Source: Eledone cirrhosa
Lineage: Eukaryota
Direction: 5' to 3'
Length of the DNA stretch: 64,000 bases
NCBI GenBank assembly: GCA_964016885.1
Contig: OZ024744.1
Coordinates: 56,172,001 to 56,236,000 of the forward strand
Shown here in pieces: positions 62,606-64,000 of this stretch. Position 1 is the first letter of the stretch. Each line of letters starts with the position of its first letter. A model generated the notes under the pieces. It had not been told where the DNA came from. It was given only the letters and a program-made list of their open reading frames with translations, and made no database searches. The translations under genes were made by a program, and so were the position numbers.

Positions 62606-63289
62606 TAGAGCCAGCATACCTTAACTTGAGATAAATTCTCTCTATATATATGTGTGTGTATGCATATAAAAAGAAAGACAGAGAGAATGAGATTAACGGA
62701 ACCAACAATAACTACTTTGAAAAGTGTACAACAGTTATATAACTCGTTTTGTTTCCTTGTGGTATTTTAAGAGTTACTCCCCTTTTAACATAACCGCTAG
62801 CTCTGTCACTGCCGGCATAATGTTTTGTTTGTTGTTATTTGTTACTTTTTATGTATCGCTCATAGTCAGCCTATTGCTCGTTGATTTGCTCGATGGCATG
62901 TAGAAGAACATCGATTGTTTTATGTCCACTAAGTCCAACAAGTTTAATTCTGCTATGGTTATCATATAAACATACAGAAACAAACTTGATCAGTGGGTAA
63001 AATATAATAGACGATTAAAGAGAGGGAGAGAACGAGTGTGTGTGTGTGAGGGGGAGGGCGCTATCAAGGAAGCCTATACCTGCTAGAAATAGTTATTGAA
63101 TTTCCCTCAAATAACGTCTTCGTTGTCGTCGGCCTATCCCTTTTTAAAGAGACGGTGGAATTCCTTTCTTTCCTGACTTTTTCTTCTCCCTATTCTCTTT
63201 CTTCCTCATCCCAACGTCCTTATTATGCTGGTACATCATATGAGTAGTCATTCAAACGAGTAGGTTGTTGTTATTGTTGTTGTTGGAAC

Positions 63290-63590
63290 TCTGTCGGTTC
63301 TGATTACATGTGTCCCAGTAGTACAAACAAAAGGAACAACCTACTCGTGAAATTAAAATGCAAATGGCTGAATATTCTACAGACATGTGTACCTTTAACA
63401 TAGTTTTCAAGAAGATTCTGAGTGACAGTGTGTGATAAGGCTGGTCCTTTCATTTACAGGTAGAATTAACTTATTTTTGCCAGCTGAGTGAACTGTGACA
63501 ACGTGAAATAGTGTCTTGTTCAAGGATATAATTAACACTAGAAATGGAACGCCCAACCATACAATTGTGAGCTGAACACCCTAACCTTTA
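63290..63590 (-). mobile_element. CORE-like SINE, antisense relative of 8392-8705
   Basis: TTTTTGCCAGCTGAGTGAACTG..GAAATAGTGTCTTGTTCAAGGA. Confidence 0.7.
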
Positions 63591-64000
63591 TACCAAACCA
63601 CAGAATAAATCTTCCACTCTCTTATCTAATTATGGAAACATACTGCATTCCAGGATGCATTTGTTAGTTGGTCCCTAAATCGCCCCTGATTGAACAGACA
63701 TTACACATTGGCAAATTGTAAGTCTATAACAGTATTATCAAGTATCGCAAATTTACTAAATGTAAAAAGGTTGATTTCATTGATATCGAGCTCATATAAA
63801 TCCTGGGTAGATGTTATAGCGATGGTAAGAGTAGTTTCTTAGGAGCAATGGTGATGGGGTACGTTCATATGCTGGCAGGCAAGCTTATTCCAGTTCCTCT
63901 TGTAGACAATCCTCACGGTCTTTTGTTATCACTGTTAAGAGATTCAGTTTCCTAAGGTCAGTCTTCACCACTTCATTCCATGTATTCCTTGGTCTACCTT

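Overview
Eukaryotic, AT-rich DNA made almost entirely of repeats. The dense (TA)n/(TATG)n/(CAT)n microsatellites, Meta- and CORE-type SINEs and RTE/R4/Penelope retroelements suggest a mollusc, probably a coleoid cephalopod such as octopus (inference). There are no prokaryotic genes, CRISPR arrays or rRNA/tRNA genes. At most one weak host-exon candidate is present (19.4-19.5 kb, minus strand), so the window is probably intronic or intergenic. Main contents: (i) tandem non-autonomous Helitron-like elements at 0-5 kb and 42-53 kb; (ii) a 9-kb compound satellite (9.7-18.5 kb) of 30-bp and 31-bp units with orientation flips and a thrice-captured unique cassette; (iii) a nest of microsatellite-embedded retroelements, including a young RTE LINE family with an intact 1040-aa APE-RT-PHD ORF whose RT catalytic motif reads YADG instead of YADD in both copies that cover it, an R4/Dong-like restriction-endonuclease LINE flanked by (CATA)n, Penelope-like elements with hammerhead ribozymes, Tx1/L1 fragments (one with a twin-priming inversion) and a bipartite non-autonomous RTE derivative; (iv) solo LTRs, nested hAT MITEs and fold-back hairpins. 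Most ORFs in the supplied track are artefacts of simple repeats. Boundaries are read by eye and are approximate unless a TSD or terminus is quoted.
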